DNA of 64,000 nucleotides from Escherichia phage NRG-P0074: sequence record PQ480333.1; one strand, 5' to 3'. Shown piece by piece: positions 47,981 to 56,710 of this stretch (position 1 is its first letter; each line of letters starts with the position of its first letter). The notes under the pieces were generated by a model. It saw only the letters and a program-made list of their open reading frames with translations, ran no database searches and was not told where the DNA came from. The position numbers and the translations under genes were made by a program.

Positions 47981-48697
47981 ATGGGAAAACATAACACAAT
48001 GAAATATATCAAAGCCGTAGATTTTCAAACCGCATTTAAAGCAGTCAATCGTGAAATTTTAGAAAACCCGGAATTCGTAACTGATTCTCGTATTGGACGT
48101 TGTAATGAAATTGGGTCTATGACAGTAGTTGTTGACACTCCATCATCATTCAAAATGACCGACCCACGTATTAACCGCATCTCTTATGAATATGCCGAAG
48201 ACTTCTGGAAGTTTATGATTTCTGGTGGTACCAACGCAGAAGAAGCGTTTAAGGCATATCCTAATGTCGCTAAATTTATTTCTAAACCAAAATCAGATGT
48301 TTTGCCGGCGAACTTCAACACTTTCTATGGTCCTCGCATTGCGGCCCAATTACCAGCTCTTCTAAAAGAACTTAAAGAGAAGCCTAACTCTCGAAGAGTT
48401 GTGTTCCAAATTCTAGAAAGTTCTGATCAGGCTTTGCTTGATTCAGACGAAACGCTTGAATATCCATGTACTGACTCAGTGACTTATTATATTCGTGATG
48501 GTAAGCTTTATACCCACTGTCATATGCGTTCTCAGAACTGTGCTGTTGTTATGCAGTTGGATTTTTATCTCCAAGGAAAATTACTTCATTATATCGCTAA
48601 CGAATGTGGTGTAGAAGTTGGTGATTATACTCATACCATGGTAAGTGCCCATGTGTTTGAACGTGATTTTGATTATGTTAAAGGATTCCTTGACTAA
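47981..48697 (+). CDS. 42: dCMP hydroxymethylase gp42
   Basis: Thymidylate-synthase-like pattern PNSRRVVFQI...YTHCHMRSQNCAVVMQLDFY parallels T4 gp42 PDSRRGIMIY...MRSNDVVFGFRNDY. Confidence 0.85.
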   Translation: MGKHNTMKYIKAVDFQTAFKAVNREILENPEFVTDSRIGRCNEIGSMTVVVDTPSSFKMTDPRINRISYEYAEDFWKFMISGGTNAEEAFKAYPNVAKFISKPKSDVLPANFNTFYGPRIAAQLPALLKELKEKPNSRRVVFQILESSDQALLDSDETLEYPCTDSVTYYIRDGKLYTHCHMRSQNCAVVMQLDFYLQGKLLHYIANECGVEVGDYTHTMVSAHVFERDFDYVKGFLD

Positions 48698-49596
48698 TGG
48701 CTATTTTCCGTGTACCTATTTTGAGTATGCGGTCTTATGAAACTGGACAGTATGCCATCCTTAAGGATGGCAACTTCCAACTTCATTTGCACCGTGCTAA
48801 TCCGGGTGATGTGATTACATATCCACGTAATGCATCTGATATTAAAGAATGCGAACGTCTTTTTCCAGAATTTAAGTTTGTTCCATTATGGTATAAAGAT
48901 AACGCGTATAACACTCGTAAATATTTCTGGTCTGAAAATGAATTTGTGGTTGATTCATTAATTGCTTATTATGATTGTGATTTTCTAATCACAGATATCA
49001 CCGGATATGACGGCGCTTTTGATGTGGAATTCAATTTCAATATCACTGCAGACCCTAATAAACCACGTTTTTATATTGACGAATTCTTAAAAACCGATAT
49101 GTTGTCGGTTAATCGTTCACTTCAAACTACTGTGTTGAATGAACGTCAAAAAGAAGTGCTGGTTAACGCTGGTGCAGATGGTAATAAGATTATCGTAACG
49201 CAGAAAGTTATACGTCCTTCCATCATGCAGCGTCTTGTAGGTGATTTGGCTCCTATTCATCTAGATGGTATTTTTCATCCATTTCGAATTAGTGACCCGT
49301 GCTATCGTTTTGAACAAGTGGTTGAATGTGCAATTCAATTAGGCCAACCGCTTTATATAACCGATCCAAATAATAGCTTCGACAGAAATAAGTATCCTGA
49401 AGAAGCGTTGATTCGAATTTTTAAACCAACTAAAACTGAATACTATCAAATTCTTAAAGGACGTCCGAAGATTCAATATTTCGAAAATCCTGAAGAAGTA
49501 TTTCATCCAGGTCTTGGTGAGTTCATCTACTTTAATGCTTTAATTTCTTCACCGTATAATATACCTAAATATGAAGATGTCGTAATCGAGGAATAA
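48697..49596 (+). CDS. hypothetical protein occupying the T4 beta-glucosyltransferase slot (candidate DNA-modification accessory or transferase)
   Basis: 299 aa, TAATG-coupled to gene 42; no recognisable similarity to T4 alpha- or beta-gt by eye. Confidence 0.55.
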   Translation: MAIFRVPILSMRSYETGQYAILKDGNFQLHLHRANPGDVITYPRNASDIKECERLFPEFKFVPLWYKDNAYNTRKYFWSENEFVVDSLIAYYDCDFLITDITGYDGAFDVEFNFNITADPNKPRFYIDEFLKTDMLSVNRSLQTTVLNERQKEVLVNAGADGNKIIVTQKVIRPSIMQRLVGDLAPIHLDGIFHPFRISDPCYRFEQVVECAIQLGQPLYITDPNNSFDRNKYPEEALIRIFKPTKTEYYQILKGRPKIQYFENPEEVFHPGLGEFIYFNALISSPYNIPKYEDVVIEE

Positions 49597-49597
49597 A

Positions 49598-50146
49598 ATG
49601 GCTAAAATTATTTTAGTAGATGGCCCGGATAATGCTGGTAAAACAACTTTCATTAATGACATAATGGAAATTAGTGAAAGATATGTAAAGATTGATTTCC
49701 CTAAACGAACAGTTGATGGACGTTTCGATGTTAAGTCTCGAAATGAAGTTGGCTGTTTCGAAACGATGTTGAATTATTTAGACCCTACTAAGATTTATCT
49801 GTTAGACCGTGGATATATTAGTAACTGGGTTTATGGACGTATTCGACAAGATGCGGACTCGGTTCTTGACGTTTATGAACAGGATTATGTTCGTCTTTGC
49901 CAAAACCATGATGTGTTCACAATTATTTTAACACGTAACGAAATGACTGAAAGTTTTGAAGACGACCTTATTACTTTGTCTTCATTCGGTTTTAATACAG
50001 TCATTTCACATTTTGAAGAGTTTGCAATTCATAACAAAATCCAAACGTATCAATTACTTAATCATGATGGTGCTAACAAAGTTATAGGATTTAATGCAAG
50101 CGAACGTAATGTTTTGATTACAGAAATCATCAAATGGGCTCGTTAA
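49598..50146 (+). CDS. P-loop nucleoside/nucleotide kinase-like protein
   Basis: Walker A VDGPDNAGKTT near N-terminus; LDRGY motif reminiscent of dNK/TMPK family; 182 aa. Confidence 0.55.
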   Translation: MAKIILVDGPDNAGKTTFINDIMEISERYVKIDFPKRTVDGRFDVKSRNEVGCFETMLNYLDPTKIYLLDRGYISNWVYGRIRQDADSVLDVYEQDYVRLCQNHDVFTIILTRNEMTESFEDDLITLSSFGFNTVISHFEEFAIHNKIQTYQLLNHDGANKVIGFNASERNVLITEIIKWAR

Positions 50147-50244
50147 GAGCCATTTAAAGTTTTAAATGCTGTATAACCCTTAGTATATAATCATCTTATC
50201 TTTTAAACATGAGTAAAATATAATGATGCCTATGGAAAAATACA

Positions 50245-51417
50245 ATGTCTGATTTAAAATCTCGTCTGATTAAAGCTTCTACTTCTAAAATGACTGCAGA
50301 CTTGACTAAGTCTAAGCTGTTTAATAATCGTGATGAAGTCCCTACTCGTATTCCGATGTTGAATATTGCATTAGGTGGTGCACTGAATGCAGGGTTGCAA
50401 TCAGGCTTAACTATTTTTGCTGCTCCTTCTAAACACTTTAAAACGTTGTTTGGGCTGACTATGGTTGCAGCGTATATGAAGAAATATAAAGATGCAATCT
50501 GTTTGTTCTATGACTCAGAATTCGGTGCTTCAGAATCTTATTTTCGTTCAATGGGTGTTGATTTAGACCGTGTAGTTCATACTCCGATTCAATCTGTCGA
50601 ACAACTTAAAGTCGATATGACTAATCAGCTTGACGCTATTGAACGCGGTGATAAAGTTATTATCTTTATTGACTCGATTGGTAATACTGCATCTAAGAAA
50701 GAAACCGAAGATGCATTGAACGAGAAAGTTGTAGGTGATATGTCTCGTGCTAAGGCACTTAAATCTCTGTTCCGCATTGTGACTCCTTATCTGACTATTA
50801 AAGATATTCCATGTGTTGCAATTAACCATACAGCAATGGAAATCGGCGGATTGTATCCTAAAGAGATTATGGGCGGTGGTACAGGTATTCTTTATTCTGC
50901 CAACACGGTATTTTTTATCTCTAAACGTCAGGTTAAAGAAGGTACAGAATTGACCGGTTATGACTTCACGTTGAAAGCAGAAAAATCTCGCACAGTTAAA
51001 GAGAAATCTACTTTCCCGATCACGGTTAATTTTGATGGCGGTATTGACCCATTCAGTGGCTTGTTAGAAATGGCAACTGAAATTGGTTTTGTAGTTAAGC
51101 CTAAAGCCGGTTGGTATGCTCGCGAATTCCTTGACGAAGAAACAGGTGAAATGATTCGTGAAGAAAAATCATGGCGTGCTAAAGCTACTGATTGTGTAGA
51201 ATTCTGGGGACCTTTGTTTAAACACAAACCTTTCCGAGATGCAATTGAAACTAAATATAAACTAGGTGCTATCTCTTCTATTAAAGAAGTTGATGACGCT
51301 GTTAACGACCTTATTAATTGCAAAGCAACAACTAAAGTTCCGGTTAAAACTTCTGATGCTCCGTCTGCAGCAGATATAGAAAACGACCTTGACGAAATGG
51401 AAGATTTCGATGAATAA
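50245..51417 (+). CDS. uvsX: recombinase UvsX (RecA-like)
   Basis: MSDLKSRLIKASTSKMTADL...; RecA-fold motifs; C-terminal acidic tail; matches T4 UvsX as I recall it. Confidence 0.95.
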   Translation: MSDLKSRLIKASTSKMTADLTKSKLFNNRDEVPTRIPMLNIALGGALNAGLQSGLTIFAAPSKHFKTLFGLTMVAAYMKKYKDAICLFYDSEFGASESYFRSMGVDLDRVVHTPIQSVEQLKVDMTNQLDAIERGDKVIIFIDSIGNTASKKETEDALNEKVVGDMSRAKALKSLFRIVTPYLTIKDIPCVAINHTAMEIGGLYPKEIMGGGTGILYSANTVFFISKRQVKEGTELTGYDFTLKAEKSRTVKEKSTFPITVNFDGGIDPFSGLLEMATEIGFVVKPKAGWYAREFLDEETGEMIREEKSWRAKATDCVEFWGPLFKHKPFRDAIETKYKLGAISSIKEVDDAVNDLINCKATTKVPVKTSDAPSAADIENDLDEMEDFDE

Positions 51418-51751
51418 TCTCGATGATTTAAATCTAGAAATCGTTGATGAATCCCCTTCTTCGGAAGGGGAAGACATTCGCAAAGAACGAGTGTTTAATG
51501 AATCTCTTAAAATTATCCGTTCAGCAATGGAAAATGTCATTCAAGAGATTCTGATTACACTTGAAGACGGTTCCCATCATATAGTCTATATTACAAAACT
51601 AGACTGGGTTGATGGTAAAATCGTAATGGACTTTGCAGTTCTTGACCAGGACAGAAAAGCAGAACTTGCACCACATGTTGAAAAATGTGTTACAATGCAA
51701 GTACAACAAGCTTTTAATGAACGAACCAAGAAAAAATTTAAATTCTTTTAA
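51410..51751 (+). CDS. 40: gp40 head vertex assembly chaperone-like protein
   Basis: 113 aa between uvsX and 41 as in T4; ATG overlaps uvsX stop. Confidence 0.65.
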   Translation: MNNLDDLNLEIVDESPSSEGEDIRKERVFNESLKIIRSAMENVIQEILITLEDGSHHIVYITKLDWVDGKIVMDFAVLDQDRKAELAPHVEKCVTMQVQQAFNERTKKKFKFF

Positions 51752-51760
51752 GGAGTTATC

Positions 51761-53203
51761 GTGGTAGAAATTATTTTGTCTCATCTAGTATACGACCAGG
51801 CTTATTTTTCTAAGGTCTGGCCTTATATGGATTCTGAGTATTTTGAGCGTGGACCGGCAAAAAATGTCTTTAAAATTATAAAGAGCCACGTTAACGAATA
51901 TAATGCAATGCCATCTATCAATGCATTAAAGGTGGCTTTAGATAACAGTTCTTTAACTGAAGCCGAATATAAAGGAACTTCAGACCTAATTGAAAAATTG
52001 GCTGATACTCCTGAAGACCACGAATGGTTGGTTAAAGAAACTGAGAAATATGTCCAGCAAAAAGCGATGTATAATGCTACATCCAAAATCATTGAGATTC
52101 AGTCTAATGCTGAACTACCTCCAGAACAACGTAACAAGAAAATGCCTGATGTAGGAGCTATTCCTGATATTATGCGTCAAGCACTTTCAATTTCGTTTGA
52201 TAGTTATGTTGGACATGACTGGATGGAAGACTACGAAGCACGCTGGCTTTCTTATCTAAATAAAGCACGTAAGGTCCCGTTCAAATTAAACATTCTGAAT
52301 AAAATCACTAAAGGCGGTGCTGAAACCGGTACACTGAATGTTTTAATGGCCGGTGTTAACGTTGGTAAATCTTTAGGCCTTTGTTCACTTGCTGCAGATT
52401 ATCTTCAAACAGGTCATAACGTTCTTTATATTTCTATGGAAATGGCCGAAGAAGTTTGTGCTAAGCGTATAGATGCAAACATGCTTGACGTATCACTCGA
52501 TGATATCGACGATGGTAACGTATCTTATGCTGAATATAAAGCCAAGATGGAAAAATGGCGTTCAAAATCCACATTAGGACGTTTAGTAGTTAAACAGTAT
52601 CCTACTGGTGGAGCTAATGCTAATACATTTCGTGCATTGCTTAATGAGTTAAAACTTAAGAAGAACTTTGTGCCATCTGTAATAATGGTTGATTACTTAG
52701 GTATTTGTGGGTCTTGTCGTATCAGAGTTTACACTGAAAATAGCTACACATTAGTTAAAGCTATCGCAGAAGAACTTCGTGCATTAGCAGTAGAATCTGA
52801 AACAGTTCTATGGACTGCAGCTCAAGTAGGACGTGCAGCATGGGATGCTTCGGATATGAACATGAGTGATATTGCAGAATCAGCAGGTTTACCGGCAACG
52901 GCAGATTTCATGTTGGCCGTAATTGAAACCGAAGAACTTGCACAAGCTGAACAACAACTTATCAAACAAATCAAATCACGATACGGTGATAAGAATAAGT
53001 GGAATAAATTCCTGATGGGTGTACGTAAAGGCAACCAGAAATGGATTGAGATTGAGCAAGAAGGCATGAACACACCTAACACAGTAAATGAAAACGCAGG
53101 TGCTCAGATGCGTCAGGCAGAGGTGAATCGTACGGAACGCGTAGGTAAAGCCAAAGCAACACGTGCTGACCTAGATAGCTTAGCCAATGAGTTAAAATTT
53201 TAA
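51761..53203 (+). CDS. 41: replicative DNA helicase gp41 (DnaB-like)
   Basis: GTG start; MVEIILSHLVYDQAYFSKVWPYMDSEYFE; Walker A GVNVGKS; matches T4 gp41 as I recall it. Confidence 0.95.
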   Translation: MVEIILSHLVYDQAYFSKVWPYMDSEYFERGPAKNVFKIIKSHVNEYNAMPSINALKVALDNSSLTEAEYKGTSDLIEKLADTPEDHEWLVKETEKYVQQKAMYNATSKIIEIQSNAELPPEQRNKKMPDVGAIPDIMRQALSISFDSYVGHDWMEDYEARWLSYLNKARKVPFKLNILNKITKGGAETGTLNVLMAGVNVGKSLGLCSLAADYLQTGHNVLYISMEMAEEVCAKRIDANMLDVSLDDIDDGNVSYAEYKAKMEKWRSKSTLGRLVVKQYPTGGANANTFRALLNELKLKKNFVPSVIMVDYLGICGSCRIRVYTENSYTLVKAIAEELRALAVESETVLWTAAQVGRAAWDASDMNMSDIAESAGLPATADFMLAVIETEELAQAEQQLIKQIKSRYGDKNKWNKFLMGVRKGNQKWIEIEQEGMNTPNTVNENAGAQMRQAEVNRTERVGKAKATRADLDSLANELKF

Positions 53204-53207
53204 TAAA

Positions 53208-53229
53208 AAGGAGACTTCGGTCTCCTTTC
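53208..53229 (+). terminator. stem-loop/terminator after gene 41
   Basis: AAGGAGAC-TTCG-GTCTCCTT; followed directly by early promoter GTTTAC 53232. Confidence 0.5.
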
Positions 53230-53291
53230 GGGGTTTACATCTTCCTCTAGGCATGATATGATGTACTTACACCAACCAAGAGGAAAACATT

Positions 53292-53666
53292 ATGAATATG
53301 TCTCAAGCAATTTTTACTGCAATCACCGAAAACACAACTGTTGAAGTAGTTTCTCCACTGGCAACCTACGTTATTCTTGCTCCTAAAACTATTGTATCTC
53401 GTATGGAAAACATGGACAAACGTATCGTACAAATTGTTGGAGCCGGAAATCAAAAACTTGATTATCTGCGAACCATCAAAGCGTATGAACATTTCCAACT
53501 CGAAAAAGGTTCTCCTATCCAGGTAGAACTCGTAAATGGTGATATCGTTCGAGCAATGTTCCATCATTTCTATGCATTGAATGACCCATCTAAAGCGGTT
53601 CGTTTAATTGCATACGATGCAAACCAAAACGAAATCAACGCAGATATATCTAAATTACGTTTTTAA
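53292..53666 (+). CDS. hypothetical protein
   Basis: 124 aa; RBS AAGAGGAAAA. Confidence 0.5.
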   Translation: MNMSQAIFTAITENTTVEVVSPLATYVILAPKTIVSRMENMDKRIVQIVGAGNQKLDYLRTIKAYEHFQLEKGSPIQVELVNGDIVRAMFHHFYALNDPSKAVRLIAYDANQNEINADISKLRF

Positions 53667-53717
53667 GTTTACTTCTCCAGTAGTTGTGTTATTATAGATC
53701 TATCAACTACTGGAGAA
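53667..53717 (+). promoter_or_regulatory. early promoter inside perfect 14-bp inverted repeat TTCTCCAGTAGTTG/CAACTACTGGAGAA
   Basis: GTTTAC 53667-53672; loop TGTTATTATAGATCTAT; right arm carries the RBS of the 53722 gene. Confidence 0.55.
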
Positions 53718-53721
53718 CAAA

Positions 53722-54039
53722 ATGAAAACCATCGATTGTAAAGCAGAATTTAAGATTTTTTATCACGGTTCAAGTAGTTCAGCTAACATCGAAAACATGC
53801 TTTGTCCTCCTGAGGAAACAGGAGTTCTGTCTGAAACTGGACGTAAGAAAAACTTGGATCGTGTATTCTTTACTGAAGATATCGGTTTAGCAAAGATTTA
53901 TGCAGGACGAGCAGCACGCTCTTATGGAGGTGAACCACGTCTCTACCGAGTAATTTCTCCGGTAGATGTAGTTCAAATGAATGATACTAAAGGCGCTACA
54001 GTTTATCACGCTGAATGGGCATTTTGCGAGGAAATATGA
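53722..54039 (+). CDS. hypothetical protein
   Basis: 105 aa. Confidence 0.5.
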   Translation: MKTIDCKAEFKIFYHGSSSSANIENMLCPPEETGVLSETGRKKNLDRVFFTEDIGLAKIYAGRAARSYGGEPRLYRVISPVDVVQMNDTKGATVYHAEWAFCEEI

Positions 54040-54224
54040 GCAAATTAACTAAAGTTACTTTTATCGGTTGGTTTAAAAGCGGTGAGATGTTCACTAAAGA
54101 TATGATGTTATCAGGTGATCGCGAAGAAATCGAGTGGGTTACGGTACAACTTGCTGAAGTGAACAAAGCATTAGTTAAAGCATTTGTTAATGACGAGAAA
54201 GTTTTCGAAGCAGATTTTCGATAA
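54036..54224 (+). CDS. dmd: Dmd antitoxin (discriminator of mRNA degradation)
   Basis: VTFIGWFKSGEMFTKDMM...EVNKALVKAFVNDEKVFEADFR resembles T4 Dmd as I recall it; ATGA-coupled. Confidence 0.7.
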   Translation: MSKLTKVTFIGWFKSGEMFTKDMMLSGDREEIEWVTVQLAEVNKALVKAFVNDEKVFEADFR

Positions 54225-54295
54225 TTTTAAAATAACTGTTTACAAGCCCCACATACTGTGTTACTATCTTTCTATCAACTACAGAGGAAATTGAA

Positions 54296-54664
54296 ATGAA
54301 AAAATTAATCGCTTTAGCAATGGTATTTGGATTAACAGGATGTGGTGCCCATGGCTTTATCCCTAATAACGTTGGCCAACTGATTTACAATCCGAATGTT
54401 AAACAGTACGACCAACCTAAAGTTGAAGTGGAAGACCCGGTTACTGTAGGTAATCGAATGATTCAAGCTGATGCCCATGCTCAACGTTATCGTGACTCTG
54501 ATACTGTAGCATTGTCAAAAGAACAACGCGTTAAAGAACATTGCTTACAGGCTACTGAAATCGCATTCATTCGCTATGTTGAAACAACTGGTAAAGAGCC
54601 TACCCAGAAACAAATAGCGAATAACTACGTCCAGTGTATTGAACGTTTAAACAAATTTAATTAA
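54296..54664 (+). CDS. hypothetical lipoprotein
   Basis: Signal peptide with lipobox LTGC (MKKLIALAMVFGLTGC). Confidence 0.55.
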   Translation: MKKLIALAMVFGLTGCGAHGFIPNNVGQLIYNPNVKQYDQPKVEVEDPVTVGNRMIQADAHAQRYRDSDTVALSKEQRVKEHCLQATEIAFIRYVETTGKEPTQKQIANNYVQCIERLNKFN

Positions 54665-54725
54665 TTGGTTTACACCAAAGTTAAAACAAGATACTATAAA
54701 CATAACAAATCAAGAGGAAATTAAC

Positions 54726-54974
54726 ATGGAATTATTCGTAGCTAGTTCAGTAGCAGTTTTAATCGCAGGTATTGGTTCAATCATCATTTACATGTTGCCT
54801 TGGGTAATCGCACTTATTCGTGGCACAAAAAGCACAACAGCAATCTTCTTTGTATCTTTACTCTTTAACTGGACGATGGTTGGTTGGATTGGAACTTTAA
54901 TTTGGTCTATCGTTGCCGAAAAGAAATCTGCTCAGCAGCCTCAACAAGTAATTATTATTCGCGAAAAAGAATAA
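54726..54974 (+). CDS. imm: superinfection immunity (Imm-family) membrane protein
   Basis: 82 aa; PWVIALIRG...AIFFVSLLFNWTMVGWIGTLIWSIV matches the Imm-family pattern; note not located between 43 and 42 as in T4. Confidence 0.65.
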   Translation: MELFVASSVAVLIAGIGSIIIYMLPWVIALIRGTKSTTAIFFVSLLFNWTMVGWIGTLIWSIVAEKKSAQQPQQVIIIREKE

Positions 54975-54979
54975 ACTTG

Positions 54980-55018
54980 TTTACATTATAGATGGACTAT
55001 AGTATAGTAGTCCTATCA
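54980..55018 (+). promoter_or_regulatory. early promoter with GGACTA/TAGTCC palindrome
   Basis: GTTTAC 54980-54985; TAGTATAGTAGTCCTATC. Confidence 0.5.
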
Positions 55019-55037
55019 AATCAACTAAGGAGTTAAA

Positions 55038-55331
55038 ATGAAAAAGTTATCATTGGCAGCAATCTTACTTGCAGTATCATGTGCACCGGCTCCAGTTACG
55101 GCAGGTTATGATAAAGACCTCTGTGAGTGGTCAATGACTGCAAATCAAGAAGATGTTGAACAACAAATCTTCTCTGATATCATGAACATCACTAAACGAG
55201 ACCGTCCTAATATGGTTAATAAAGTTGTTGAACAACTTAAGTCTGGCGGTATCATGCAGTACAACTATGTTTTGTATTGTGACCCTAATTTCGATAACAA
55301 AGATATCGTAACCGAAATCACAGGTGAATAA
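55038..55331 (+). CDS. sp: spackle-like periplasmic protein (superinfection exclusion; inhibitor of gp5 lysozyme)
   Basis: 97 aa with signal peptide MKKLSLAAILLAVSCAPAPVTA; size and position (61.x region) as T4 sp. Confidence 0.55.
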   Translation: MKKLSLAAILLAVSCAPAPVTAGYDKDLCEWSMTANQEDVEQQIFSDIMNITKRDRPNMVNKVVEQLKSGGIMQYNYVLYCDPNFDNKDIVTEITGE

Positions 55332-55983
55332 TATGATTTATTATATGCACAAAAATGCGCCATTTAAATATGGTAAATTTCCTAATGCACAATGTTATAA
55401 TATAACGCCGAATGAAAATAATAACGGATACCATCTCGGTGTAATTTTTGTAATTGTTAAAGATAACGAAATCGTTGCCTGGGCAGATTTTAAAGGTACA
55501 ACATATGATGTTAATCCTGTGCCTTTCACATATTACAATATAATGGATTTGGCATATGATTATAATTGGTTTAATCATGACACGTTGGCTCATATTGAAG
55601 GTGTAGGATTTGACATCTCTTATTCTAGCTATTCATTATGTCCTATGAGCCGAGCTCACGGTAAAGATGCATCATATCTTTCAATTCGGAAACGTGTAAA
55701 CTTCAAACGTAGTACAGAGTATGTTGGTGGACTCTTTGTTAAAGATAATAAAATAACCCGTATTAGTTATCCTTTAAGTGTAGGTCAAAAAGATGTTGAT
55801 GTTGATTTAGACTTAACTGAAAATAACATTAATCGTATTGCTTCTGTATATTTTGATATCGATGAAAAAATTGTAGTGTGTGGATACGAATTACCACCTG
55901 AAGAAAAGGCCGAAGCAATTGAAGTCGAATTAGAAATTTCTGTTGATGACCAAATATTTAATGCATTTATGAATCGAGGTTAA
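55324..55983 (+). CDS. hypothetical protein
   Basis: 219 aa. Confidence 0.5.
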   Translation: MNNMIYYMHKNAPFKYGKFPNAQCYNITPNENNNGYHLGVIFVIVKDNEIVAWADFKGTTYDVNPVPFTYYNIMDLAYDYNWFNHDTLAHIEGVGFDISYSSYSLCPMSRAHGKDASYLSIRKRVNFKRSTEYVGGLFVKDNKITRISYPLSVGQKDVDVDLDLTENNINRIASVYFDIDEKIVVCGYELPPEEKAEAIEVELEISVDDQIFNAFMNRG

Positions 55984-55984
55984 A

Positions 55985-56182
55985 ATGACTACTGCAATTT
56001 GCACTGGTTCTAAAATTAGTGTTTTTACAAGTTTTGAAGATTATGAAGTTGTTTCAAAACACCAATGCCATATTAGCGTAAAAGCTAATGACGGTGTAAT
56101 TTGGAATATTCCACAGTATGAAGGCACTACATATGAAGTCACAGATATAAATGGTGACAAAGCAATCTTTGTAATTGATTAA
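55985..56182 (+). CDS. hypothetical protein
   Basis: 65 aa. Confidence 0.45.
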   Translation: MTTAICTGSKISVFTSFEDYEVVSKHQCHISVKANDGVIWNIPQYEGTTYEVTDINGDKAIFVID

Positions 56183-56201
56183 ATATACTCAGGAGGTACC
56201 T

Positions 56202-56669
56202 ATGGGTATTATTAACACTGCAATAGATTCTGTTTATGCATATAAGTTTATTCGACTAATGCAAAAACCTTTTACCGAATGGAAAGCATACGAAGCCAAA
56301 ATCATCGATGAACGTGGAAGTGTTCTTAAACGTCCTTCTACTCCCGAAGAGAAAGCGGCTTATACACCTTTTCATGCTTCAGTTCGTTCAATGAAGCGAA
56401 TGATGAGCACTGTTCCGGGTCTTAATGGAATGGCCTCAATGATGTCTGCCTGGAGTGCTGTAGCTTCACGCTATAACATTACGGAAGAACAACAGAAAGA
56501 AATATTTAAAGAACTCCCTTTATTTGAGGATATGGTTGCTGGTGATTCAGGCGGCAGTCCTCAAGCTATTGCATCAGGAACAACTACAGGTGCAGTCGTA
56601 AATAAAGGTCCAGACCAAATTCCTTCCAAGAAAAGAAAGCGAATTAAAGTAAATATTAATAAGTTGTGA
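56202..56669 (+). CDS. hypothetical protein
   Basis: ATG 56202 after RBS AGGAGG. Confidence 0.5.
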   Translation: MGIINTAIDSVYAYKFIRLMQKPFTEWKAYEAKIIDERGSVLKRPSTPEEKAAYTPFHASVRSMKRMMSTVPGLNGMASMMSAWSAVASRYNITEEQQKEIFKELPLFEDMVAGDSGGSPQAIASGTTTGAVVNKGPDQIPSKKRKRIKVNINKL

Positions 56670-56710
56670 TATGATGGCCTTAAATTAATTTAAGGCCTCT
56701 GGAGAATACT

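Noticed and set aside
50137-50165. Weak hairpin (GGCTC-GTTAA-GAGCC) after the P-loop kinase gene
   Set aside because: Only a 5-bp stem and an interrupted T-tract; not convincing as an intrinsic terminator. The nearby AAATGCTGTA...TATATAAT upstream of uvsX is also only a one-mismatch MotA box.
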